Assembly (NCBI GenBank): GCA_044356455.1
Contig: JBIKWF010000026.1
Coordinates: 1 to 44,878, forward strand
Reading direction: 5' to 3'
DNA length: 44,878 nt
From: Bdellovibrionota bacterium
GTDB taxonomy: Bacteria; Bdellovibrionota_C; UBA2361; JBGSMV01
Positions 18,250-27,595 of the stretch are shown here, piece by piece. The notes beneath the pieces were generated by a model that saw only the letters and a list, made by a program, of their open reading frames with translations, did no database searches and was not told the DNA's origin. The first letter of the stretch is position 1, and each line of letters starts with the position of its first letter. The translations under genes and the position numbers were made by a program.

Positions 18250-18621
18250 TTAGGCAACTACGAAATCGGACTCGGAGCCATCGTCCAAAGAACTTCCCGT
18301 TCTGCGCGGATTGCCGCGAAACTTGCGCACCTTCTCGTTGATGCGGTGGGTTTGGAACTTAAGAACATTATCGTTGATGCGCAAAAGGCTCGTCGCAACA
18401 TCGATGAGTGCTGAATTTTCAGACTCAAAAGTCATGCACACATAGTGACCGGTCGTGCGCTTACGCATGCGGAATCCAAGTTCCTTCTTGCCCCATCGGT
18501 CAGTCTTGATGCTCTGTGCTTCATTTGTTTGAAGCTGTCCCTCAATCTTCTTAAGCTCTTCCTTAAGATCCGCCTCAGACAGATCGGGATTAAGCACCAA
18601 AACCGTTTCGTACTTCCGCAT
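18250..18621 (-). CDS. rpsF: 30S ribosomal protein S6
   Basis: MRKYETVLVLNPDL...WGKKELGF...GHY...LRINDNVLKF; SD GAGGAG. Confidence 0.95.
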   Translation of the reverse strand: MRKYETVLVLNPDLSEADLKEELKKIEGQLQTNEAQSIKTDRWGKKELGFRMRKRTTGHYVCMTFESENSALIDVATSLLRINDNVLKFQTHRINEKVRKFRGNPRRTGSSLDDGSESDFVVA

Positions 18622-18758
18622 AGCTCCTCTTCTTCGCCCTAATTCTATTTGCCCGCTATCTATATTGAACCGCTACCTTAATGGAGCGGTTTTCCAACTG
18701 ATACTGCTGCCTAAATGATACTACTAGCACTCGGCAACTTTGTTTGGCCGGCGCGGGG

Positions 18759-18787
18759 ATACTAGCCAATCTTTAAGGGGGGATCAA
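18759..18787 (-). promoter_or_regulatory. putative sigma70 promoter of rpsF
   Basis: TTGATC-N17-TAGTAT on the minus strand, followed by a GC-rich discriminator. Confidence 0.5.
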
Positions 18788-18904
18788 TGAACTGGGCGAT
18801 ATTTGTATGTGCTTGAAACTGCTATGTAATTTAGGCCCGCGGAAGCGTCGTCTCGGGCTGTGGCGCTGTGGAAAAAGGATCTTGCCGATTATGACCTCCC
18901 TGGT

Positions 18905-19630
18905 CTAGGCGGCCTTCCCTTTTCCGTTGAAGCGCTGCTGCGAAACCGCAAGGCCTCCCGTGAGAATGCTGAGCGCTGCGAGGGCCGCTCGCTCAGTAGT
19001 GGCCTCGACAAGCGAGCGATCTCCTCGCGCGAAACTTCCCAAGACCCAGCTGCTGACTTCTTGCCGAGCACCTTGAGGTGCGGCCTGGGTTGACGACTCA
19101 GCCCCATGACCTGCTCCTGGGTTAGAGGTGGACTGAGACGTTCCCGCAGCGGGAGCTTGTGAAGGCGGACGCCCCACTCCAATACGCACCCGGAAGTATT
19201 TTCCGGACCCAAGCGATGAGCTGAGGGACTTTAGTCCATTATGCCCGCCGTCCCCGCCCCCTTGGCGGAGCCGCAGTTCACCAAGCGGGAGATCTATATC
19301 ATCATGGAGAACAACAATGTCGTCGGGGGTGCATTTGAAAAAATGTGCGGCTTCGCCGACTGACTCTCCGCTGCGGTTCATGAAGGTCTGAGGTTTGATG
19401 AGCAAGATCCGACTATCGGCGGCGCATCCGTCAATAGATCCCTCGACGCAGTGAGCTTTATACTTTTCTTTCCAGCTTATGGGCAGGATGAGAGGCCTCT
19501 CCGCGCTCGGACGGGAGCCCAGCGGAGAAGAGTGGGCAGAAAGGAGCACGTCCAGGGCGGCAAAGCCAATGTTGTGGCGCGTGCCCTCGTACTCTCGCCC
19601 TGGATTTCCAAGCCCGACAATAATTTTCAT
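18905..19630 (-). CDS. pth: peptidyl-tRNA hydrolase
   Basis: MKIIVGLGNPG..Y.GTRHNIGF, KPQTFMNRSG, HDDIDLP, GGHNGLKS, RVRIGVGRP; start ATG 19630. Confidence 0.97.
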   Translation of the reverse strand: MKIIVGLGNPGREYEGTRHNIGFAALDVLLSAHSSPLGSRPSAERPLILPISWKEKYKAHCVEGSIDGCAADSRILLIKPQTFMNRSGESVGEAAHFFKCTPDDIVVLHDDIDLPLGELRLRQGGGDGGHNGLKSLSSSLGSGKYFRVRIGVGRPPSQAPAAGTSQSTSNPGAGHGAESSTQAAPQGARQEVSSWVLGSFARGDRSLVEATTERAALAALSILTGGLAVSQQRFNGKGKAA

Positions 19631-19719
19631 AATAAAAAAGACGGGTGCAGGATGTTCATCCCGCACCCGTCTTGCAACTTCTCAGCTGGGATATTTCACA
19701 GCGGAGTGCGTCTAAAATG

Positions 19720-20421
19720 TTACTTCTTCTTGTCCTCAGCGGCCTTCTTATCCGCGCCCGCAGCAGGAGCAGCGCCCGCAGCAGGAGCAGCGCCTTCCGC
19801 ACCAGGAGCTGCAGCAGCGCCCTCGGCAGTAGCGGCGGCAGGAGCAGCCTCAACCACTTGACGAGGAATGACGACGCTCACGATTGAGGCATCGGGATTC
19901 TGTGAGAGACTGACGCCTTCAGGAAGTTTGAGATCGCGCGCGTGCACGCTATCGCCAACTCCAAGAGCAGCAACGTCAACAACAATTTCGGTAGGAATCT
20001 GCTTAGGCAAGCAGGACACCGTAACATCATGGGTCATGATGGTAAGGATACCGCCATCGTTCTTAACGCCTGTTGATTCACCAATGAACTTAAGAGGAAT
20101 ATCCAAGACGATTTCCTCGTTGTCGTGGAGAGCTTGGAAGTCAATATGAAGCACATTTCCTGAAAGAAACTCACGTTGGATCCCCTTCACGAGAGCGCTT
20201 CTTCCATTCAGTTCCTTTGCCGAGCTCTTAAGCGTAAAAAGCTGCGAGCTTCTTACAAGGCTTGCGGTTTGCACAAAGGCCTTCGCGGGCACCTGAGCTG
20301 AGAGAGCTTTTTCTCCGCGTGCGTAAACGATGCTGGGAATAAATCCGCTACGACGAATGCGGCGACTGGTCCTTGTTCCTGTTCCCGAGCGGGTCTCGAT
20401 TTCTAATTCGACTGATTCCAC
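19720..20421 (-). CDS. rplY: 50S ribosomal protein L25 (Ctc form)
   Basis: SRRIRRSGFIPSIVY, LHIDFQ, GVKNDGG, C-terminal beta domain and Ala-rich tail. Confidence 0.96.
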   Translation of the reverse strand: MESVELEIETRSGTGTRTSRRIRRSGFIPSIVYARGEKALSAQVPAKAFVQTASLVRSSQLFTLKSSAKELNGRSALVKGIQREFLSGNVLHIDFQALHDNEEIVLDIPLKFIGESTGVKNDGGILTIMTHDVTVSCLPKQIPTEIVVDVAALGVGDSVHARDLKLPEGVSLSQNPDASIVSVVIPRQVVEAAPAAATAEGAAAAPGAEGAAPAAGAAPAAGADKKAAEDKKK

Positions 20422-20993
20422 GGTAAATCTCCAATGCGTATAAAGTAAGCAGGTCTCGCGAGTTACACCTCACTCATTACTCTGAATGCTCTCCGCATAT
20501 GCGACACGGCCTGAAACAGCAGCCTGAGTTGCGCAGACTGAAATCACGAAAGATCCCAGTTTGAAGCGCAGGCGTTAGTTCACAAACCTTAAGTCGACAG
20601 ACGAAACGATTCAAAGGTGAGTCGCGAGATCCACCAAAAAGTGCTGCCAAAAAGTTTCAAGAGTCATTTACCGGCAGGACACCACACAAGAGCGGTCTCG
20701 TTTCATGAACCGCCAGAGAAATGGTCTCTCAGAAACTGTAGAGTGGCGTAATCAATCATATTTTCTTGCGCTGGTAAAGGGAGCCCATTTCACGGATGGT
20801 GCCGCTTAGGGCTTGCCGAGTACTCGCTCTAGTTCCGAGCAGCCTAAGTGCCCGTTAGGATGAAGAAAAGCCACTCTCGCGAGTGCCCAATAAACCCGGT
20901 CTTTGGATACCTTAGTGCTCTTTGTGTTCTTAGTGGTTGTCTTTAGCAGCCGTCGATAACACCCCCAAAGGTACCGAGAGGCTTGAGGGGGCC

Positions 20994-21944
20994 CTATCGG
21001 AACAAGCTGCTGACAGAATCATCCGAGTGAATCCGCTTAATTGCCTCTGCAACAAGAGGAGTTACGGAGAGAACTGTAATCTTGTCACTTTGCAGTGAGC
21101 GCGGAATTGCAATGGTGTCGGTGACGACGAGCTCTTCAATCGGGGCGCTGTTAAGACGCTCGATGGCGTTTCCTGAGAGCACCGGGTGAATACAGCACGC
21201 AACCACCTTCTTCGCTCCTTCTTTCAGAAGCGTTTCGGCGGCTTTCACCAGGGTTCCGCCGGTATCAATCATGTCGTCTACGATGATGGCGGTTTTCCCC
21301 TGCACTTCACCAACGACTTTCATCTCTGCTACTTGATTCGGGCCCGATCGGCGCTTGTCGATAACCGCGATTTCGCAGTTTTCGAAGCGTGCTGCAAGGG
21401 TGCGGGCGCGTTCTACGCCGCCCATATCAGGCGAGACGATAACGCGATCCTCGTTTCCGTACTTCTCGCGGAGATGCGGCAAGATGACGGGAAGGCCATT
21501 CAGATTATCTACAGGGATATTAAAAAATCCCATGATCTGGCCCGCGTGCAAATCCACGGTGAGGACGCGGTGGGCACCTGCGGTTGTAATAAGATCTGAG
21601 ACAAGCTTTGCGGTGATGGGGACGCGTGGCTTAAGCTTTCTGTCCTGCCGTGCGTAACCAAAATAAGGAATAACTGCAGTAATTCTCCAGGCTGACGCTC
21701 TCTTGAGAGCATCGATTACAATGAGCAGCTCCATGAGATGATCGTTGCCAGGAGCGGAGGTGCTCTGAACGATAAAAACATCGCGGCCGCGCACATTGTC
21801 CGCAATTTCGACAGAGAGTTCGCCGTCGCTGAAGCGCACGACTTCTAGTCGTCCAAGCTCAAGAGAAAGCTGGTCGCATACCGACTGGGTAAAGCGAGGA
21901 TTCGACCGGCCCGAGAAAACGACTATTTCACGCCAACTGGACAC
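20994..21944 (-). CDS. prs: ribose-phosphate pyrophosphokinase
   Basis: FSDGE, PYFGYARQDRK, DLHAGQ, SPDMGGVERA, VDDMIDTGGT. Confidence 0.98.
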   Translation of the reverse strand: MSSWREIVVFSGRSNPRFTQSVCDQLSLELGRLEVVRFSDGELSVEIADNVRGRDVFIVQSTSAPGNDHLMELLIVIDALKRASAWRITAVIPYFGYARQDRKLKPRVPITAKLVSDLITTAGAHRVLTVDLHAGQIMGFFNIPVDNLNGLPVILPHLREKYGNEDRVIVSPDMGGVERARTLAARFENCEIAVIDKRRSGPNQVAEMKVVGEVQGKTAIIVDDMIDTGGTLVKAAETLLKEGAKKVVACCIHPVLSGNAIERLNSAPIEELVVTDTIAIPRSLQSDKITVLSVTPLVAEAIKRIHSDDSVSSLFR

Positions 21945-22107
21945 GCTCGCTCCTAAAATGGGGCGCCTGCTGAGGACGTCCCGTGAAAGTTGAACCTCGC
22001 AACATGCGATCTACTTCCGTGCGAATATTCCCTATTCGCACGCCGCCAATCTCACTTGTCGCTGATATGGTTCAGCTCAGAAAAAAAGGAACACAACTCT
22101 AAAAAAA

Positions 22108-22179
22108 CTGGCCGGGCAGGGATCGAACCTGCGAATGGCGGGATCAAAACCCGCTGCCTTACCGCTTGGCTACCGGCCA
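22108..22179 (-). tRNA. tRNA-Gln (TTG); CCA not encoded
   Basis: TGGCCGG TA GCC AAGCGGTAA GGC A GCGGG TT TTG AT CCCGC CATTC GCAGG TTCGATC CCTGC CCGGCCA G; conserved ispE-tRNA-Gln-prs synteny. Confidence 0.96.
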
Positions 22180-22289
22180 CCATGAAAAGATCAACTAACC
22201 AGATCCTTACAGCCCGAGAGGCTACAAAGTTGACGGGTACTAAGTCAATTCGCTATCAGCCTGGAAAGTAAATTCTCACAAAGATTCTC

Positions 22290-23255
22290 TCATTCCGGAG
22301 GAACAATCCCATCTAGGAACGGCCCCCACTTGACTTGCACCATCATCATCCGGCACCCCAGACGCTCAGCCACGACTTCAAGCGATTTAAACGCACTCCG
22401 CTGCTCCTCGGGAGTCAGGCTCTCAGGAGCCAGTGAGAACATAGCGCTGCCGCTGCCTGTAACGGAAGTGACAAGCTGGGGGACTTCTCTCAAGGCTTTA
22501 AGCGCCGCGGCGCTTTGAGGGGAAAAACTGCTGATGGACCCTTCAAGATCGTTACGAACAAGATCCAAGACCTCATTCCATGAGCAGCGCTTGGTGAGCG
22601 CGTGGCGCAGCTCCGAATCCTCCTCTGCCTGCTCTGGAAGCCGGGGGTGCTGTCTTCTATATTCTGCAAAAAGTGCCGGGGTGGGTATCGACCAGGGGGG
22701 CAAGACGAGAGCCACTGGCTTTGTAGGGGCAGCTCTGACATCGCCGTTCGTTGTAGGCTCGCCAAGAGGGGCTAGCTTTTCCCCCACCCCTCGCACTACC
22801 GCCATACCGCCGTAAAGGAGATAGGGCACGTCGGCGCCAAGTCCTGCTGCAGCTTCATAAAGTTCACGAGGGGTTCCCTGATGCCGGCAGCTTCGCCAAA
22901 GATACCTAAGGACCGCGGCGGCGTCGCTGCTCCCACCTCCTAGCCCGGCTCCAGACGGAATATTCTTCTCGATCTTAATGCGGACGCCCGTTCCAGGTGC
23001 AAAGCGCCTAACAAATGCGGCAGCAGCCTTGGAGGCCAGATTCGTTTCCGGGCGAGCCGAATCCTCAGGGAGCCGGGTTGCTCCGGAAGAGCATTCCTCG
23101 AGGGAGATGTTGCCGTCTGAGGTCAGGGTTACCCAAAGTTTATCGGCAAGAGTTGTGCACGCGTTAAGCATGCTAAGATGGTGGTATCCATCGGACCTGC
23201 GGCCCGTGACGACGAGTCTTAGATTAATTTTCGCGGATGCGAGTAGCTCTTCCAA
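22290..23255 (-). CDS. ispE: 4-diphosphocytidyl-2-C-methyl-D-erythritol kinase
   Basis: AKINL.L.V.G.R.DGYH, KNIPSGAGLGGGSSDAAA, LGADVP, NDLE, TGSGS. Confidence 0.96.
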   Translation of the reverse strand: MEELLASAKINLRLVVTGRRSDGYHHLSMLNACTTLADKLWVTLTSDGNISLEECSSGATRLPEDSARPETNLASKAAAAFVRRFAPGTGVRIKIEKNIPSGAGLGGGSSDAAAVLRYLWRSCRHQGTPRELYEAAAGLGADVPYLLYGGMAVVRGVGEKLAPLGEPTTNGDVRAAPTKPVALVLPPWSIPTPALFAEYRRQHPRLPEQAEEDSELRHALTKRCSWNEVLDLVRNDLEGSISSFSPQSAAALKALREVPQLVTSVTGSGSAMFSLAPESLTPEEQRSAFKSLEVVAERLGCRMMMVQVKWGPFLDGIVPPE

Positions 23256-23567
23256 GATAATCCCTAATTTCCGCCAGCGAGATCACGATTAGTAAGCTAA
23301 GGGGCAGCGTTCCCCTTCGCTTACTTTTGGCGCCCCCAGCTCCGCTAACGCTGCGCCGCGGCCGCACTGAAGCCAGGCTCGGCGCAGATGGCTTTGCGTT
23401 ATTTCGCAACATATCGCGCACCCGCAATGCTTGCGGTTTAACGCGAAGGGCGCGAAGAAGGACTTTCTCAGAGGCTCCCTAAGAAGAGGAGTCTCTTTTA
23501 CGCGGGCCTGTTTACATTGTGACCCTCCTAATTCTGCTGTAGTACTGAAGGAGAATAAAGAGGAAAT

Positions 23568-24404
23568 ATGGCGACTTCAGGTCCTTCACAGAACGCAACG
23601 CTGATAGAAGACGCTTTGGCGTTAGCAAAAGAGCTCGCTCTTCAAGCGGGGGTCCGAATGCGGGAGTTCCGGGCAAGCGGCGCCTTTGAAGTCTCCCTCA
23701 AGAAGCCACTTGATCTAGTTACCACTGCAGATTTGGAATGTGACCGGATTATAAAGGAAGGAGTTACCAGGCGATTTCCAGAACACTTAATTTTCTCCGA
23801 AGAGAGTTCGCCGGAGACTGCCCCAAAACTTGTTTCTTCCGGGTGCAGCTGGATAGTGGACCCTATAGATGGAACTGTAAATTTTGCCTCAGGGCACCCC
23901 AGCGTGGGGGTATCTATCGGGTTTGCTATCAATGGCAAGGTCGAAGCGGGGGTTGTCTACGCGCCCTTCTACGAAGAGCTTTTTTCGGCACGCCGCGGTT
24001 GCGGAGCGTTCCTTAACGATAAGAGGATCACGTGCAGGGATCGCAGTGACTTGAAGCGCTCTTTGGTAGCCACGGGTTTTCCCGCGGATCGCTCTGAGCT
24101 CAAAAAGCTCGTGCACCGCGTGGAACTCGTGCTTGGGGCCTGCCAAGACATACGGCGTCTTGGCGCGGCTTCGATTGATGTCGCCTGGATTGCTGCTGGT
24201 CGTCACGAGGCGTACTACGAAAGCGTGCATCCCTGGGATATTGCGGCAGCTGGACTTATCGCTCGCGAGGCCGGTGTGCGAACGGGAGTCATTGTTGGCT
24301 CGGAACGAAATCGGGGCTTACCTGAAGACCTCTGGTGCGGGGAATACATTGCTGCGGTTCCCGGCATCTATGACCAGCTTCAGCAGTTACTCAGGGACTC
24401 CTAA
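23568..24404 (+). CDS. suhB: inositol monophosphatase family protein (SuhB-like)
   Basis: DLVTTAD, SEE, WIVDPIDGTVNF, RRLGAA, PWDIAAAGLI. Confidence 0.9.
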   Translation: MATSGPSQNATLIEDALALAKELALQAGVRMREFRASGAFEVSLKKPLDLVTTADLECDRIIKEGVTRRFPEHLIFSEESSPETAPKLVSSGCSWIVDPIDGTVNFASGHPSVGVSIGFAINGKVEAGVVYAPFYEELFSARRGCGAFLNDKRITCRDRSDLKRSLVATGFPADRSELKKLVHRVELVLGACQDIRRLGAASIDVAWIAAGRHEAYYESVHPWDIAAAGLIAREAGVRTGVIVGSERNRGLPEDLWCGEYIAAVPGIYDQLQQLLRDS

Positions 24405-24440
24405 GGAGCCCGCGCTGAGAAGCCCGCCCATTGGCGAAAC

Positions 24441-24894
24441 ATCTTGGTAGGGCGTCCTGTCCCCAGGGCGCCGAAAGATCCTTCTCTCGCCAACAGTCGA
24501 CGCGCCTGCATAAGCACATGCCGATCTCGGAGATCTTTCGGCACGCCGGGGACGGCGCGCCCTACCCATGGGCGCAGCAGCTAGGTAGGGCGTTGCGTCC
24601 CAGCGGTGCCGTAAGATCTTCCGTCTTGGCACGTAGCCTGTATTTGTCGACCGGGCCGATCCTGCGAACACGACGACTCGGAACTCCGCGCGGCGTTCCA
24701 TTCGGCACGCCGGGGACGGCGCGCCCTACCGATGGGTGCGGCAGCTAGGTAGGGCGCCGCGTCCCCGCGGTGCCGCAAGATCTTCCGTCTTGGCACGTAG
24801 CCTGTATTTGTCGAGCGGGCCGTTCCTGCGAACACGACGACTCGGAACTCCCCGCGGCGTTCTATTCGGCACGCCGGGGACGGCGCGCCCTACC
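24441..24894. repeat. GTAG-type REP/BIME-like cluster 2 (six REPs, 164-bp tandem unit)
   Basis: REPs in alternating orientation; plus-strand GGTAG at 24446, 24584 and 24748, minus-strand copies ending CTACC near 24566, 24730 and 24894; near-identical 164-bp units; lies between convergent genes. Confidence 0.88.
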
Positions 24895-24964
24895 CAGTGG
24901 TTGATTCCTTCATGTTGCTAAGAAGGTTTTGGCTGGGCAGCGCTCCCCATAATTGAGGAATTTA

Positions 24965-26134
24965 TCAGTTGCAATTCTGCTGGTGACACTTCTCCCAAAC
25001 CGCAATTGCCTCCTCGGACTCTGCAAGTGACGGCACAAGCGCCACGCGCACTCTGTCATCGCAGCCCTCTCCGAAATACTCTCCTGGGGTGACGATAATC
25101 CCGCTCGTGGAGAGCAAGTCGGCATAGGTTACCCCCGTCATTCCCTGTGGCACTTTAAGCCAAATATAGAAGGTAGCTTCGCAAGGTGCCATTTCGAGGC
25201 CCAAGGAAGCGAAGAATTTTTGGAAGCGATCGCGCTTTGCTCGGAACAGCGCCTGACGCTCGGTTGCGTGAGCGTCATCGCTCCAGGCTGCCACGGCAGC
25301 CTGCTGTATCATCACTGAGGTCTCGGTTCCAATGGCGTCCCTGAGGCTCAAATATACGCGCAGAACTTCCTTGTCTCCGGCGACAAATCCGGAACGATAG
25401 CCAGTCATGCCAGATCGCTTCGAGCAGGAATGAAAGGCCAGCACGCCCTCCGTGGCTACTTCAAGAGCCGAAGGATGAGGCGCGGCGCCCAAAAACATGT
25501 CGACGTAGCACTCATCCGAGCAGAGAAGAATCCCATACTGCTGGCAGATTCGGTATTGACGGAGAAGGTATTCGCGGGAGCAGCAGGCGCCTGTAGGGTT
25601 GTGCGGGTAATTGATCCACACGCACGCGGCTTGTTCCAAGACCGAGCTTGGTAAGCTCTCAAGATTGAGAAGAAAGTTTTCTTCCGCTTTTAGATTTACG
25701 GGATAGTAATCCGCCCCAAACATCAGGCAGCTTCTCTCCATGACGGGATAGCCGGGGTTGGGGCAAATTACCGTCTTCTTTTTAGACTTAGGTCCAATCA
25801 AGATGGAGGTGAGATTGTAAATCGCCTCCTTTGATCCATTGGTTTGTAAAATCTGGGTTTCCGCATCGAGAGTCACGCCAAAGCGCCTCTCTAAGTAGCG
25901 CGCGATTGCCGTTCTTAGTTCGGGAGTTCCTTTGAAGGCGGGGTACTGGGAAACCGCGGGGATGCCCTTGGTGAGAGCTTCGCGGATAAAGGCTGGGGTG
26001 GGTTCGACGGGGTCCCCCTTGCTGAAGTCGAAAACGCGAATTCCTTGGTCGTTGAGACGTTTTCTAAGGGTTGCGAGTTTCGTAAAGGGATAGGGCTTAA
26101 GCTCAGTTACGTTTGAATTTAGTTGAATGGGCAT
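24965..26134 (-). CDS. class I/II PLP aminotransferase, succinyl-diaminopimelate/LL-DAP aminotransferase-like
   Basis: LKPYPF, GSKEAI, NYPHNPTG, SDECY, SCSKRSGMTGYRSG (PLP lysine), RVALVP; start likely ATG 26134. Confidence 0.85.
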   Translation of the reverse strand: MPIQLNSNVTELKPYPFTKLATLRKRLNDQGIRVFDFSKGDPVEPTPAFIREALTKGIPAVSQYPAFKGTPELRTAIARYLERRFGVTLDAETQILQTNGSKEAIYNLTSILIGPKSKKKTVICPNPGYPVMERSCLMFGADYYPVNLKAEENFLLNLESLPSSVLEQAACVWINYPHNPTGACCSREYLLRQYRICQQYGILLCSDECYVDMFLGAAPHPSALEVATEGVLAFHSCSKRSGMTGYRSGFVAGDKEVLRVYLSLRDAIGTETSVMIQQAAVAAWSDDAHATERQALFRAKRDRFQKFFASLGLEMAPCEATFYIWLKVPQGMTGVTYADLLSTSGIIVTPGEYFGEGCDDRVRVALVPSLAESEEAIAVWEKCHQQNCN

Positions 26135-26219
26135 CGGAGGATGCTCTCCCAAAAATAACAAGATAATGTTCGACGCCCGATTCTCGTTCAAACCGGCTTG
26201 GGCGACAATGCTTTTCTAA

Positions 26220-26349
26220 GGAACCTCGATAAAACTCACCTCTGTGTACCTCTGCGCCCTCTGTGGTTGATTTAAATTGTCGAAAAACCACAGAGGACAC
26301 AGAGTTCACTGAGAGAATAGATAAAATAGCGATGTTTTTCAGAGGTTCC
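26220..26349. mobile_element. 130-bp MITE (copy A2), inverted relative to A1
   Basis: CTAA | GGAACCTCGATAAAA ... TTTTTCAGAGGTTCC | CGAA; its reverse complement aligns end to end with 4563-4692. Confidence 0.75.
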
Positions 26350-26470
26350 CGAATGGAGACATTTTAGGGGGGGGGCCTATGGGAGGTTGGGCACGGCACG
26401 GGTCCCCGCTCGCGTTTTGCTACCTGCATGCTAGGATGCTCGCCCGTGTATCGGAACTTGGGAGAGAGCC

Positions 26471-27592
26471 ATGAAAGCCACCAACGACGCCTCATTTCCC
26501 CTCAAAGCAGACTCTTTTGTCGCGCCTTCAGCTGCTACCCCTTTTGTTGAATCGCCCTTTGGCGCGAAGTCTTCATCTCCCTACAGTAGTCTTTCCTTGG
26601 CTCTGAGAGACTCAGCCCTTGAACAGGAGCTCGGGGTCTCGCTTAAGGTTCTTTCTGAAGAATCTCTGGGACGGCTTCTGCAGCAGTTAGACGCTGGGGC
26701 TCGGGCCGCCTTGCAGACTAAGTGGGCAGATGCGCCAGTAGCCCCCGAGCAATTTCAGATGCGCTGGCAGCGTGAAGTCCTTCGGGAGCCGCTCTCGGTA
26801 GCTCAGCGGCGCAGGCTCGATGAAGCTCTTCTTCCGCGATATTCTGCTGCGATAGAAGTTGACGAGGCGCCTCGACTTAGCCTCCCCCTAAGAGAGTGCG
26901 GCGAGCAACTTGTGCACCTTCCGACGCTCCTTTCGAAGCATGAAGTCCCCTTTTCTATTACGGAGGTTCCGTATCATGCCGCGTGCGGATCTTTCGCCAT
27001 GAAGCCGCGCTTGCTGTGGTGTCGCTCCTCCGTTGCAGAGCGCTTTGTCTGCTTTGCGCGGGCCTGTCAGGGGGCTGGTGTGGTGCCGCATATAGAAGAT
27101 GTGTATCGGCCGAAGGAAGTGCAGGCTGGCTTATTTAGACGGCGCTATGGGCTTATAAAGGAAGAGTTTCCTACCTGGTCTGAGAAGCAGATCCTCATGG
27201 AGACCAAGGCCAAAACCGCTTCTTCGCCCTTTCGCGCGGCACATATGGGGGGAGCCGCTATCGATGTGACCCTGCGCCTTCCGTCAGGAGAGCCCCTGCC
27301 CCTGGGAAACGCCTACCCGGTGGGTGGGTCAGCCGCGGTGCTACACTTCCCGTACGTTACTGAAGAAGAATGGCATACGCGGGCTCTTTTTGCCGGCCTT
27401 TCTGCTATGGCGGGCCTCTGTCCCTATCCAGGAGAGGACTGGCACGTTTCCCGCGGCGATGGTTTAGGCGCCCTACTCGCGGGAGAAACTGAGATTAGGT
27501 TCGGACCTCTTGCAGGATTTAACCTTGAAACTGGCGAGCCTGTGCCACTGGCTGGTGATGCAATTCATGAAGAATTCTCGTACCGGAGTTAA
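26471..27592 (+). CDS. M15 family D-alanyl-D-alanine dipeptidase-like (VanX/DdpX) protein with N-terminal extension
   Basis: DVYRP, AHMGGAAIDVTL (zinc His/Asp) and YPGEDWHVS (Glu/His). Confidence 0.85.
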   Translation: MKATNDASFPLKADSFVAPSAATPFVESPFGAKSSSPYSSLSLALRDSALEQELGVSLKVLSEESLGRLLQQLDAGARAALQTKWADAPVAPEQFQMRWQREVLREPLSVAQRRRLDEALLPRYSAAIEVDEAPRLSLPLRECGEQLVHLPTLLSKHEVPFSITEVPYHAACGSFAMKPRLLWCRSSVAERFVCFARACQGAGVVPHIEDVYRPKEVQAGLFRRRYGLIKEEFPTWSEKQILMETKAKTASSPFRAAHMGGAAIDVTLRLPSGEPLPLGNAYPVGGSAAVLHFPYVTEEEWHTRALFAGLSAMAGLCPYPGEDWHVSRGDGLGALLAGETEIRFGPLAGFNLETGEPVPLAGDAIHEEFSYRS

Positions 27593-27595
27593 GCT

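Noticed and set aside
24441..24894. CRISPR array
   Set aside because: Repeats alternate in orientation, the intervening sequences are duplicated rather than unique, and there are no cas genes; it fits REP/BIME.
24387..24921. short ORFs in the REP cluster (also 9189..9503)
   Set aside because: Open frames produced by GC-rich repeats; no protein-like features.
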